Assembly (NCBI GenBank): GCA_964016885.1
Contig: OZ024743.1
Span: 140,306,001 to 140,370,000 of the forward strand
Length of the DNA stretch: 64,000 bases
DNA from: Eledone cirrhosa
Taxonomy: Eukaryota
Direction: 5' to 3'
Under the pieces are notes generated by a model. The model ran no database searches. It worked only from the letters and a program-made list of their open reading frames with translations, and had not been told where the DNA came from. This document shows, in pieces, positions 24,601-36,800 of this stretch. The translations under genes were made by a program, and so were the position numbers. How positions within the stretch are numbered: the first letter of the stretch is position 1; each line of letters opens with the position of its first letter.

Positions 24601-27600
24601 TGTTTGGTGCTTGGTGCTTGGTGTTTGGTGCTTGGTACTTGGTGTTTGGTGCTTGGTGTTTGCTGTTTGCTGTTTGGTGTTTGGTGTTTGTTGTTTGCTC
24701 TATGGTGTTTGCTGTTTCGTGTTTGGTGTTTGCTGTTTGGTGTTTGCTGTTTGGTGTTTGGTGCTTGGTGCTTGGTGTTTGGTGCTAGGTGCTTGGTGTT
24801 TGGTGCTTGGTGTTTGGTGTTTGGTGCTTGGTACTTGGGGCTTGGTGTTTGGTGCTTGGTGCTTCGTGCTTGGTGTTTGGTGCTTGGTGCCTGGTGCTTG
24901 TTGTTTGGTGATTGGTGCTTGGTGTTTGCTGTTTGGTGCTGCGTGCTTGGTGCTTGGTGCTTGGTGCTTGGTGCTTGGTGTTTTGTGTTTGGTGTTTGAT
25001 GCTTGGTGTTTGGTGTTTGGTGCTTGATGCTTGGTGTTTGGTGTTTGATGCTTGGTGCTTGATGCTTGGTGCTTGGTGCTTGGTGTTTGGTGCTTGGTGC
25101 TTGGTGTTTGTACTTGGTGTTTGGTGCTTGGTGTTTGGTGCTTGGTGCTTGGTGTTTGGTGCTTGGTGCTTGGTGTTTGGTGTTTGGTGCTTGGTGTTTG
25201 GTGCTTGGTGCTTGGTGCTTGGTGTTAGGTGTTTGGTGCTTCATGCCTGGTGCTTGGTGTTTGGTGATTGGTGCTTGGTGTTTGGTGTTTGGTGCTTCAT
25301 GCTTGGTGCTTGGTGTTTGGTGCTTGGTGCTTGGTGTTTGGTGTTTGGTGTTTGGTGCTTGGTATTTGGTGCTTGGTGCTTGGTGTTTGGTGTTTGGTGC
25401 TTGGTGTTTGGTGCTTGCTACGTGGTGCTTGGTGCTTGGTGTTAGGTGTTTGGTGCTTGGTGCGTGGTGTTTGGTTTTTCGGTGCTTGGTGCTTGGTGTT
25501 TGGTGTTTGGTGCTTGCTGCTGGCTGCTTGGTGTTTGGTGCTTGGTGATTGGTGCTTGGTGTTTGGTGATGATTGGTGCTTGGTGCTTGGTCTTTGGTGC
25601 TTGGTGTTTGGTGTTTGGTGCTTGGTGCTTGGTGCTTGGTGTTTGGTGCTTGGTGCTTGGTGTTTGGTGCTTGGTGCTTAGTGTTTGGTGCTAGGTGCTT
25701 GGGGTTTGGTGTTTAGTGCTTGGTGCTTGGTGTTTGGTGCTTGGTGCTTGGTGCTTGGTCTTTGGTGTTTGGTGTTTAGTGCTTGGTGCTTGGTGCTTGG
25801 TGCTTGGTGCTTGGTGCTTGGTGCATTGTGATTAGTGTTTGGTGCTTGGTGCTTGGGGTTTGGTGTTTGGTGCTTGGTGCTTGGTGTTTGGTGATTGGTA
25901 CTTGGTGTTTGGTGCTTGGTGTTTGCTGTTTGTTGTTTGGTGTTTTTGGTGTTTGCTGTTTGCTGTTTGGTGTCTGCTTTTTGGTGTTTGGTGTTTGCTC
26001 TATGGTGTTTGCTGTTTCATGTTTGGTGTTTGCTGTTTGGTGTTTGGTGTTTGCTGTTTGGTGTTTGGTCTTTGGTGCTTGGTCTTTGATGCTTGGTGTT
26101 TGGTGCTTGGTGCTTGGTGTTTGGTGTTTGGTGCGTGGTGACTGGTGCTTGTTGTTTGGTGATTGGTGCTTGGTGTTTGCTGTTTGGTGTTTGGTGTTTG
26201 GTGTTTGCTGTTTGGTGTTTGGTGCTTGGTGCTTGGTGCTTGGTGTTTGGTGCTTGGTGCTTGGTGTTTGGTGCTTGGTGCTTGGTGTTTGGTGCTTGGT
26301 GCCTGGTGCTTGTTGTTTGGTGATTGGTGCTTGGTGTTTGCTGTCTGGTGTTTGGTGTTTGGTGTTTGCTGTTTGGTGTTTGGTGCTGGGTGCTTGGTGT
26401 TTGTTGTTTGATGCTTGGTGTTTGATGCTTGGTGCTTGGTGCTTGGTGTTTGGTGTTTGGTGTTTGCTGTTTGGTGTTTGGTGCTTGGTGCTTGGTGCTT
26501 GGTGTTTGGTGCTTGGTGCTTGGTGCTTGGTGCTTGGTGCTTGGTGGTTGGTGTTTGGTGCTTGGTGTTAGGTGTTTGGTGCTTGGTGTTTGGTGTTTGG
26601 TGCTTGGTGTTTGGTGCTTGGTACTTGGTGCTTGGTGCTTGGTGTTAGGTGTTTGGTGCTTGGTGCTTGGTGCTTGGTGTTTGGTGCTTGGTGCTTGGTG
26701 CTTGGTGTTTGGTGGTTGGTGTTTGGTGCTTGGTGTTAGGTGTTTGGTGCTTGATGCTTGGTGTTTGGTGCTTTTTGCTTGGTGCTTGGTGCTTGGTGTT
26801 TGATGCTTGGTGTTTGGTGGTTGGTGTTTGGTGCTTGGTGTTAGGTGTTTGGTGCTTGATGCTTGGTGTTTGGTGCTTTTTGCTTGGTGCTTGATGCTTG
26901 GTGTTTGGTGCTGGGTGCTTGGTGCTTGGTGTTTGGTGTTTGGTGATTGGTGCTTGGTGTTTGGTGTTTGGTGTTATATGCTTGGTGTTTGATGCTTGGT
27001 TCTTGGTGCTTGGTGTTTGGTACTTGGTGATTGATGCTTGGTGCTTGGTGCTTGGTGTTTGGTGCTTGGTGCTTGGTGTTTGGTGCTTGGTGCTTGGTGT
27101 TTGGTGCTTGGTGTTTGGTGCTTGGTGATTAGTGTTTGGTGCTTGGTGCTTGGGGTTTGGTGTTTGGTGCTTGGTGCTTGGTGTTTGGTGTTTGGTGTTT
27201 GGTGTTTGGTGCTTGGTGCTTGGTGTTTGGTGCTTGGTGCTTGGTGTTTGGTGCCTGGTGCTTGGTGCTTGGTGTTTGGTGTTTGGTGTTTGGTGCTTGG
27301 TGCTTGGTGCTTGGTGTTTTGTGTTTGGTGTTTGGGTTTTGGTGCTTTGTGTTTGGTTCTTGGTTCTTGGTGTTTGGTGTTTGGTATTTGGTGTTTGGTG
27401 CTTGTTGCTTGGTGTTTTGTGCTTGGTGCTTGGTGTTTGGTGCCTGGTGCTTGGTGCTTGGTGCTTGGTGTTTGGTGTTTGGTGCTTGGTGCTTGTTGTT
27501 TTGGGTTTGGTGTTTGGTTTTTGGTGCTTGGTGCTTGGTGCTTGGTCCTTGGTGTTTGGTGCTGGGTGCTTTGTGTTTGGTGCTTGGTGCTTGGTGATTG

Positions 27601-30600
27601 GTGTTTGCTGCTTGGTGTTTGATGCTTGGTGCTTGGTGCTTGGTGTTTTGGGTTTGGTGCTTGGTGTTTGGTGCTTGGTGCTTGGTGTTTGTACTTGGTG
27701 CTTGGTGCTTGGTGCTTGGTGTTTGGTGTTTGGTGCTTGGTGTTTGGTGCTTGGTGCTTGGTGCTTGGTGTTAGGTGTTTAGTGCTTGGTGCTTGGTGTT
27801 TGGTGCTTGGTGTTTGCTGTTTGCTGTTTGGTGTTTGGTGTTTGGTGTTTGGTGTTTGCTGTTTGGTGTCTGCTTTTTGGTGTTTAGTGTTTGCTGTATG
27901 GTGTTTGCTGTTTCGTGTTTGGTGTTTGTTGTTTGGTGTTTGGTCTTTGGTGCTTGGTGCTTGGTGCTTGGTGCCTGGTGTTTGGTGTTTGGTGCTTGGT
28001 GCTTGGTGTTTGGTGTTTGTTGTTTGGTGCTTGGTGTCTGGTGCTTGGTGTTTGGTGTTTGGTGCTTGGTGTTTGGTGTTCCGTGTTTGGTGCTTGGTGC
28101 TTGGGGTTTGGTGTTCGGTGTTTGGTGCTTGGTGCTTGGTGTTTGGTGTTTGGTGCTTGGTGTTTGGTGTTTGGTGCTTTTTGCTTGGTGCTTGGTGCTT
28201 GGTGTTTGGTGCTTGGTGCTTGGTGTTTGGTGCTGGGTGCTTGGTGCTTGGTGTTTGACTGTTTGGGGCTTGGTGCTTGGTGTTTGGTGTTTGGTGTTAT
28301 ATGCTTGGTGTTTGATGCTTGGTGCTTGGTGCTTGGTGTTTGGTGTTTGGTGTTTGATGCTTGGTGCTTGGTGCTTGGTGTTTGGTCTTTGGTGCTTGGT
28401 GTTTGTACTTGGTGCTTGGTGCTTGGTGCTTGGTGTTTGGTGCTTGGTGTTTGGTGCTTGGTGCTTGGTGCTTGGTGCTTGGTGTTTGGTGGTTGGTGTT
28501 TGGTGCTTGGTGTTAGGTGTTTGGTGCTTGGTGTTTGGTGTTTGGTGCTTGGTGTTTGGTGCTTGGTACTTGGTGCTTGGTGCTTGGTGTTAGGTGTTTG
28601 GTGCTTGGTGCTTGGTGCTTGGTGTTTGGTGCTTGGTGCTTGGTGCTTGGTGTTTGGTGGTTGGTGTTTGGTGCTTGGTGTTAGGTGTTTGGTGCTTGAT
28701 GCTTGGTGTTTGGTGCTTTTTGCTTGGTGCTTGGTGCTTGGTGTTTGATGCTTGGTGTTTGGTGGTTGGTGTTTGGTGCTTGGTGTTAGGTGTTTGGTGC
28801 TTGATGCTTGGTGTTTGGTGCTTTTTGCTTGGTGCTTGATGCTTGGTGTTTGGTGCTGGGTGCTTGGTGCTTGGTGTTTGGTGTTTGGTGATTGGTGCTT
28901 GGTGTTTGGTGTTTGGTGTTATATGCTTGGTGTTTGATGCTTGGTTCTTGGTGCTTGGTGTTTGGTACTTGGTGATTGATGCTTGGTGCTTGGTGCTTGG
29001 TGTTTGGTGCTTGGTGCTTGGTGTTTGGTGCTTGGTGCTTGGTGTTTGGTGCTTGGTGTTTGGTGCTTGGTGTTTGGTGATTGGTGCTTGGTGCTTGGTG
29101 CTTGGTGCTTGGTGTTTGGTGGTTGGTGCTTGGTGCTTGGTGTTAGGTGTTTGGTGCTTGGTGCTTGGTGTTTGGTGTTTGGTGCTTGGTGTTTGGTGTT
29201 TGGTGCTTGGTGTTTGGTGCTTGGTACTTGGTGCTTGGTGCTTGGTGTTAGGTGTTTGGTGCTTGGTGCTTGGTGATTAGTGTTTGGTGCTTGGTGCTTG
29301 TGGTTTGGTGTTTGGTCCTTGGTGCTTGGTGTTTGGTGCTTGGTGCTTGGTGTTTGGTGCTTGGTGTTTGGTGTTTGCTGTTTGGTGTTTGGTGTTTGGT
29401 GTTTGCTGTTTGCTGTTTGCTGTTTGGTGTCTGCTTTTTGGTGTTTGTTGTTTGATGTATGGTGTTTGCTGTTTCGTGTTTATTGTTTGCTGTTTGGTGT
29501 TTGGTGTTTGGTGTTTGGTGTTTCCTGTTTGGTCTTTAGTCTTTGGTGCTTCGTGTTCGGTGCTTGGTGCTTGGTATTTGGTGTTTGGTGTTTGGTGCTT
29601 GGTGCTTGGTGTTTGGTGCTTGGTGCTTGGTGTTTGGTGTTTGGTGCTTGGTGCTTGGTGTTTGGTGTTTGCTGTTTGCTGTTTGGTGTTTGTTGTTTGG
29701 TGTTTGCTGTTTGGTGTTTGGTGTTTGCTGTTTGCTGTTTGGTGTCTGCTTTTTGGTGTTTGTTGTTTGCTCTATGGTGTTTGCTGTTTCATGTTTGGTG
29801 TTTGCTGTTTGGTATTTGGTGTTTGCTGTTTGGTGTTTGGTGCTTGGTGTTTGGTGCTTGGTGCTTGTTGTTTGGTGATTGGTGCTTGGTGCTTGGTGTT
29901 TGCTGTTTGGTGCTTGGGGCTTGGTGTTTGGTGCTGCGTGCTTGGTGCTTGGTGCTTGGTGCTTGGTGTTTGGTGTTTGATGATTGGCGTTTGGTGTTTG
30001 GTGTTTGGTGCTTGGTGCTTGGTGTTTGGTGTGTGATGCTTGCTGCTTGATGCTTGGTGCTTGGTGCTTGGTGTTTGGTGCTTGGTGCTTGGTGTTTGGT
30101 GCTTGGTACTTGGTGTTTGGTGCTTGGTGTTTGCTGTTTGCTGTTTGGTGTTTGGTGTTTGTTGTTTGCTCTATGGTGTTTGCTGTTTCGTGTTTGGTGT
30201 TTGCTGTTTGGTGTTTGCTGTTTGGTGTTTGGTGCTTGGTGTTTGGTGCTTGGTGCTTGGTGTTTGGTGCTAGGTGCTTGGTGTTTGGTGCTTGGTGTTT
30301 GGTGTTTGGTGCTTGGTACTTGGGGCTTGGTGTTTGGTGCTTGGTGCTTCGTGCTTGGTGTTTGGTGCTTGGTGCCTGGTGCTTGTTGTTTGGTGATTGG
30401 TGCTTGGTGTTTGCTGTTTGGTGCTGCGTGCTTGGTGCTTGGTGCTTGGTGCTTGGTGCTTGGTGTTTTGTGTTTGGTGTTTGATGCTTGGTGTTTGGTG
30501 TTTGGTGCTTGATGCTTGGTGTTTGGTGTTTGATGCTTGGTGCTTGATGCTTGGTGCTTGGTGCTTGGTGTTTGGTGCTTGGTGCTTGGTGTTTGTACTT

Positions 30601-30830
30601 GGTGTTTGGTGCTTGGTGTTTGGTGCTTGGTGCTTGGTGTTTGGTGCTTGGTGCTTGGTGTTTGGTGTTTGGTGCTTGGTGTTTGGTGCTTGGTGCTTGG
30701 TGCTTGGTGTTAGGTGTTTGGTGCTTCATGCCTGGTGCTTGGTGTTTGGTGATTGGTGCTTGGTGTTTGGTGTTTGGTGCTTCATGCTTGGTGCTTGGTG
30801 TTTGGTGCTTGGTGCTTGGTGTTTGGTGCT
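21700..30830 (+). repeat. Near-identical 3.6-kb block duplicated at offset 5471 (about 21.7-25.3 kb and about 27.2-30.8 kb)
   Basis: A constant 5471 offset holds for ORF pairs 22155/27626, 22304/27775, 23123/28594, 23809/29280 and 24513/29984, then 5485 (24912/30397). The private variant TCCGTGT occurs near 22609 and 28080. Confidence 0.92.
23176..23385 (+). repeat. 105-bp (15-monomer) tandem duplication, also carried at about 26.7, 28.65 and 35.84 kb
   Basis: TTGGTGG at 23183/23288 and TTTTTGC at 23246/23351. Confidence 0.85.
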
Positions 30831-33800
30831 TGGTGCCTGGTGCATGGTGTTTGGTGCTTGATGCTTGGTGTTTGGTGTTTGGTGCTTGGTGTTTGGTGCT
30901 TGGTGCTTGGTGCTTGGTGTTAGGTGTTAGGTGTTTGATGCTTGGAGTTTGCTGTTTGGTGTTTGGTGTTTGCTGTTTGGTGTTTGGTCTTTGGTGCTTG
31001 GTCTTTGGTGCTTGGTGTTTGGTGCTTGGTGCTTGGTGTTTGGTGCTTGGTGCCTGGTGCTTGTTGTTTGGTGATTGGTGCTTGGTGTTTCCTGTTTGGT
31101 GTTCGGTGTTTGGTGTTTGCTGTTTTGTGTTTAGTGCTTGGTGCTTGGTGCTTGGTGTTTGGTGCTTGGTGCTTGGTGTTTGGTGCATGGTGCTTGATGC
31201 TTGGTGTTTGTACTTGGTGCTTGGTGCATGGTGTTTTGTGCTTGATTCTTGGTGTTTGGTGCTTGGTGTTTGGTGCTTAGTGCTTGGTGTTTGGTGTTTG
31301 GTGCTTGGTGTTTGGTGCTTGGTGCTTGGTGCTTGGTGTTTGGTGTTTGGTGCTTCATGCTTGGTGCTTGGTGTTTGGTGCTTGGTGCCTGGTGCATGGT
31401 GTTTGGTGCTTGATGCTTGGTGTTTGGTGTTTGGTGCTTGGTGTTTCGTGCTTGGTGCTTGGTGCTTGGTGTTAGGTGTTAGGTGTTTGGTGATTGGTGC
31501 TTGGTGTTTGGTGCTTGGTGCTTGATGTTTGGTGCTTGGTGCTTGGTGTTTGGTGCTTGGTGTTTGGTGCTTGGTACTTGGGGCTTGGTGTTTGGTGCTT
31601 GGTGCTTGGTGTTTGGTGCTTGGTGATTAGTGTTTGGTGCTTGGTGCTTGGGGTTTGGTGTTTGGTGCTTGGTGCTTGGTGTTTGGTGCTTGGTGTTTGG
31701 TTTTTACTGTTTGGTGTTTGGTGTTTGCTGTTTGCTGATTGCTGTTTGGTGTCTGCTTTTTGGTGTTTGGTGTTTGCTGTATCGTGTTTGCTGTTTCGTG
31801 TTTATTGTTTGCTGTTTGGTGTTTGGTGTTTGGTGTTTGGTGTTTCCTGTTTGGTGTTTAGTCTTTGGTGATTGGTGCTTGGTGCTTGGTGTTTGGTGTT
31901 TGGTGCTTGGTGCTTGGTGTTTGGTGCTTGGTACTTGTTGTTTGGTGACTGGTGCTTGGTGCTTGGTGTTTGCTGTTTGGTGCTTGGGGCTTGGTGTTTG
32001 GTGCTGCGTGCTTGGTGCTTGGTGCTTGGTGCTTGGTGTTTGGTGTTTGATGCTTGCTGCTTGATGCTTGGTGCTTGGTGCTTGGTGTTTGGTGCTTGGT
32101 GCTTGATGTTTGGTGCTTGGTACTTGGTGTTTGGTGCTTGGTGTTTGCTGTTTGCTGTTTGGTGTTTGGTGTTTGTTGTTTGCTGTTTGGTGTCTGCTTT
32201 TTGTTGTTTGTTGTTTGCTCTATGGTGTTTGCTGTTTCATGTTTGGTGTTTGCTGTTTGGTGTTTGGTGTTTGCTGTTTGGTGTTTGGTGCTTGGTGTTT
32301 GGTGCTTGGTGCTTGGTGTTTGGTGCTAGGTGCTTCATGCTTGGTGCTTGGTGTTTGGTGTTTGGTGCTTGGTACTTGGGGCTTGGTGTTTGGTGCTTGG
32401 TGCTTCGTGCTTGGTGTTTGGTGCTTGGTGCTTGGTGTTTGGTGTTTGGTGCTCGGTGCCTGGTGCTTGTTGTTTGGTGATTGGTGCTTGGTGTTTGCTG
32501 TTTGGTGCTGCGTGCTTGGTGTTTGGTGCTGGTGCTTGGTGCTTGGTGTTTTGTGTTTGGTGTTTGATGCTTGGTGTTTGGTGTTTGGTGCTTGGTTCTT
32601 GGTGTTTGGTGTTTGATGCTTGGTGCTTGATGCTTGGTGCTTGGTGCTTGGTGTTTGGTGCTTGTTGCTTGGTGTTTGTACTTGGTGTTTGGTGCTTGGT
32701 GTTTGGTGCTTGGTGCTTGGTGTTTGGTGCTTGGTGCTTGGTGCTTGGTGTTTGGTGTTTGGTGCTTGGTGTTTGGTGCTTGGTGCTTGGTGCTTGGTGT
32801 TAGGTGTTTGGTGCTTCATGTCTGGTGCTTGGTGTTTGGTGCTTGGTGCTTGGTGTTTGGTGCTTGGTGCCTGGTGCATGGTGTTTGTTGCTTGGTGCTT
32901 GGTATTTGGTGTTTGGTGCTTGGTGTTTGGTGCTTGGTGCTTGGTGTTTGGTGTTTGGTGTTTGGTGCTTGCTGCTTGCTGCTTGGTGTTTGGTGCTTGG
33001 TGATTGGTGCTTGGTGTTTGGTGCTTGGTGCTTGGTGTTTGGTGCTAGGTGCTTGGTGCTTGGTGCTTGGTGTTTGGTGTTTGGTGCTTGGTACTTGGGG
33101 CTTTGTATTTGGTGCTTGGTGCTTCGTGTTTGGTGTTTGGTGCTTGGTGCTTGGTGTTTGGTGCTTGGTGTTTGGTGCTTGGTGCTTGGTGCTGTGTGGT
33201 TGGCGTTTGGTGCTTGGTGCTTGGTGTTTGGTGCTTGGTGCTTGGTGCTTGGTGTTTGGTGCTTGGTGTTTGGTGTTTGGTGCTTGGTGCTTGGTGTTTG
33301 GTGTTTGGTGCTTGGTGATTAGTGTTTGGTGCTTGGTGCTTGGGGTTTGGTGTTTGGTCCTTGGTGCTTGGTGTTTGGTGCTTGGTGCTTGGTGTTTGGT
33401 GCTTGGTGTTTGGTGTTTGCTGTTTGGTGTTTGGTGTTTGGTGTTTGCTGTTCGCTGTTTGCTGTTTGCTGTCTGCTTTTTGGTGTTTGTTGTTTGATGT
33501 ATGGTGTTTGCTGTTTCGTGTTTATTGTTTGCTGTTTGGTGTTTGGTGTTTGCTGTTTGGTGTTTGGTGTTTGGTGTTTGGTGCTTGGTGCTTGGTGTTT
33601 GGTGCTTGGTGCTTGGTGTTTGGTGCCTGGTGCTTGGTGCTTGGTGCTTGGTGTTTGGTGTTTGGTGCTTGGTGCTTGGTGCTTGGTGTTTTGTGTTTGG
33701 TGTTTGGTTTTTGGTGCTTGGTCCTTGGTGTTTGGTGCTGGGTGCTTTGTGTTTGTTACTTGGTGCTTGGTGTTTGGTGTTTGCTGCTTGGTGTTTGATG

Positions 33801-36800
33801 CTTGGTGCTTGGTGCTTGGTGTTTTGTGTTTGGTGCTTGGTGCTTGGTGTTTGGTGCTTGGTGCTTGGTGTTTGGTGCCTGGTGCTTGGTGCTTGGTGCT
33901 TGGTCCTTGGTGTTTGGTGCTGGGTGCTTGGTGTTTGATGCTTGGTGCTTGGTGTTTGGTGCTTGGTGCTTGGTGTTTGGTGCTTGGTGCTGGTTGGTTG
34001 GTGTTTGGTGCTTGGTGTTTGGTGCTGGGTGCTTGGTGTTTGGTGCTTGGTGCTTGGTCTTTGGTGCTTGGTGTTTGGTGTTTGGTGCTTGGTGCTTGGT
34101 GTTTGGTGCTTGGTGCTTAGTGTTTGGTGCTAGGTGCTTGGGGTTTGGTGTTTGGTGCTTGGTGTTTGGTGCTTGGTGCTTGGTGTTTGGTGCTTGGTGT
34201 TTGGTGTTTGCTGTTTGCTGTTTGGTGTTTGTTGTTTGGTGTTTGTTGTTTGGTGTTTGCTGTTTGGTGTTTCATGTTTGCTGTTTCGTGTCTGCTTTTT
34301 GGTGTTTGGTGTTTGCTGTATGTTGTTTGGTGTTTGGTGTTTGGTGTTTGGTGTTTGGTGCTTGGTGCTTGGTGTTTGGTGCTTGGTGCTTGGTGTTTGG
34401 TGCCTGGTGCTAGGTGCTTGGTGTTTGGTGTTTGGTGTTTGGTGCTTGGTGCTTGGTGCTTGGTGTTTTGTGTTTGGTGTTTGGGTTTTGGTGCTTGGTG
34501 TTTGGTTCTTGGTTCTTGGTGTTTGGTGTTTGGTATTTGGTGTTTGGTGCTTGTTGCTTGGTGTTTTGTGCTTGGTGCTTGGTGTTTGGTGCCTGGTGCT
34601 TGGTGCTTGGTGCTTGGTGTTTGGTGTTTGGTGCTTGGTGCTTGTTGTTTTGGGTTTGGTGTTTGGTTTTTGGTGCTTGGTGGTTGGTGCTTGGTCCTTG
34701 GTGTTTGGTGCTGGGTGCTTTGTGTTTGGTGCTTGGTGCTTGGTGTTTGGTGTTTGCTGCTTGGTGTTTGATGCTTGGTGCTTGGTGCTTGGTGTTTTGT
34801 GTTTGGTGCTTGGTGTTTGGTGCTTGGTGCTTGGTGTTTGTACTTGGTGCTTGGTGCTTGGTGCTTGGTGTTTGGTGTTTGGTGCTTGGTGTTTGGTGCT
34901 TGGTGCTTGGTGCTTGGTGTTAGGTGTTTAGTGCTTGGTGCTTGGTGTTTGGTGCTTGGTGTTTGCTGTTTGCTGTTTGGTGTTTGGTGGTTGGTGTTTG
35001 GTGTTTGCTGTTTGGTGTCTGCTTTTTGGTGTTTAGTGTTTGCTGTATGGTGTTTGCTGTTTCGTGTTTGGTGTTTGTTGTTTGGTGTTTGGTCTTTGGT
35101 GCTTGGTGCTTGGTGCTTGGTGCTTGGTGCTTGGTGTTTGGTGTTTGGTGCTTGGTGCTTGGTGTTTGGTGTTTGTTGTTTGGTGCTTGGTGTCTGGTGC
35201 TTGGTGTTTGGTGTTTGGTGCTTGGTGTTTGGTGTTCGGTGTTTGGTGCTTGGTGCTTGGTGTTTGGTGTTCGGTGTATGGTGATTGGTGCTTGGTGTTT
35301 GGTGTTTGGTGCTTGGTGTTTGGTGTTTGGTGCTTTTTGCTTGGTGCTTGGTGCTTGGTGTTTGGTGCTTGGTGCTTGGTGTTTGGTGCTGGGTGCTTGG
35401 TGCTTGGTGTTTGACTGTTTGGTGCTTGGTGCTTGGTGTTTGGTGTTTGGTGTTATATGCTTGGTGTTTGATGCTTGGTGCTTGGTGCTTGGTGTTTGGT
35501 GTTTGGTGTTTGATGCTTGGTGCTTGGTGCTTGGTGTTTGGTCTTAGGTGCTTGGTTTTTGTACTTGGTGCTTGGTGCTTGGTGCTTGGTGTTTGGTGCT
35601 TGGTGTTTGGTGCTTGGTGCTTGGTGCTTGGTGCTTGGTGTTTGGTGGTTGGTGTTTGGTGCTTGGTGTTAGGTGTTTGGTGCTTGGTGTTTGGTGTTTG
35701 GTGCTTGGTGTTTGGTGCTTGGTACTTGGTGCTTGGTGCTTGGTGTTAGGTGTTTGGTGCTTGGTGCTTGGTGCTTGGTGTTTGGTGCTTGGTGTTTGGT
35801 GCTTGGTGCTTGGTGCTTGGTGCTTGGTGCTTGGTGTTTGGTGGTTGGTGTTTGGTGCTTGGTGTTATGTGTTTGGTGCTTGATGCTTGCTGTTTGGTGC
35901 TTTTTGCTTGGTGCTTGGTGCTTGGTGTTTGATGCTTGGTGTTTGGTGGTTGGTGTTTGGTGCTTGGTGTTAGGTGTTTGGTGCTTGATGCTTGGTGTTT
36001 GGTGCTTTTTGCTTGGTGCTTGATGCTTGGTGTTTGGTGCTGGGTGCTTGGTGCTTGGTGTTTGGTGTTTGGTGATTGGTGTTAGGTGTTTGGTGCTTGG
36101 TGCTTGGTGTTTGGTGTTTGGTGCTTGGTGTTTGGTGTTTGGTGCTTGGTGTTTGGTGCTTGGTACTTGGTGCTTGGTGCTTGGTGTTTGGTGTTTGGTG
36201 TTATATGCTTGGTGTTTGATGCTTGGTGCTTGGTGCTTGGTGTTTGGTACTTGGTGATTGATGCTTGGTGCTTGGTGCTTGGTGTTTGGTGCTTGGTGCT
36301 TGGTGTTTGGTGCTTGGTGCTTGGTGTTTGGTGCTTGGTGTTTGGTGCTTGGTGTTTGGTGATTGGTGCTTGGTGCTTGGTGCTTGGTGCTTGGTGTTTG
36401 GTGGTTGGTGCTTGGTGCTTGGTGTTAGGTGTTTGGTGCTTGGTGCTTGGTGTTTGGTGTTTGGTGCTTGGTGTTTGGTGTTTGGTGCTTGGTGTTTGGT
36501 GCTTGGTACTTGGTGCTTGGTGCTTGGTGTTAGGTGTTTGGTGCTTGGTGCTTGGTGATTAGTGTTTGGTGCTTGGTGCTTGTGGTTTGGTGTTTGGTCC
36601 TTGGTGCTTGGTGTTTGGTGCTTGGTGCTTGGTGTTTGGTGCTTGGTGTTTGGTGTTTGCTGTTTGCTGTTTGGTGTTTGGTGTTTGCTGTTTGCTGTTT
36701 GCTGTTTGGTGTCTGCTTTTTGGTGTTTGTTGTTTGATGTATGGTGTTTGCTGTTTCGTGTTTATTGTTTGCTGTTTGGTGTTTGGTGTTTGGTGTTTGG

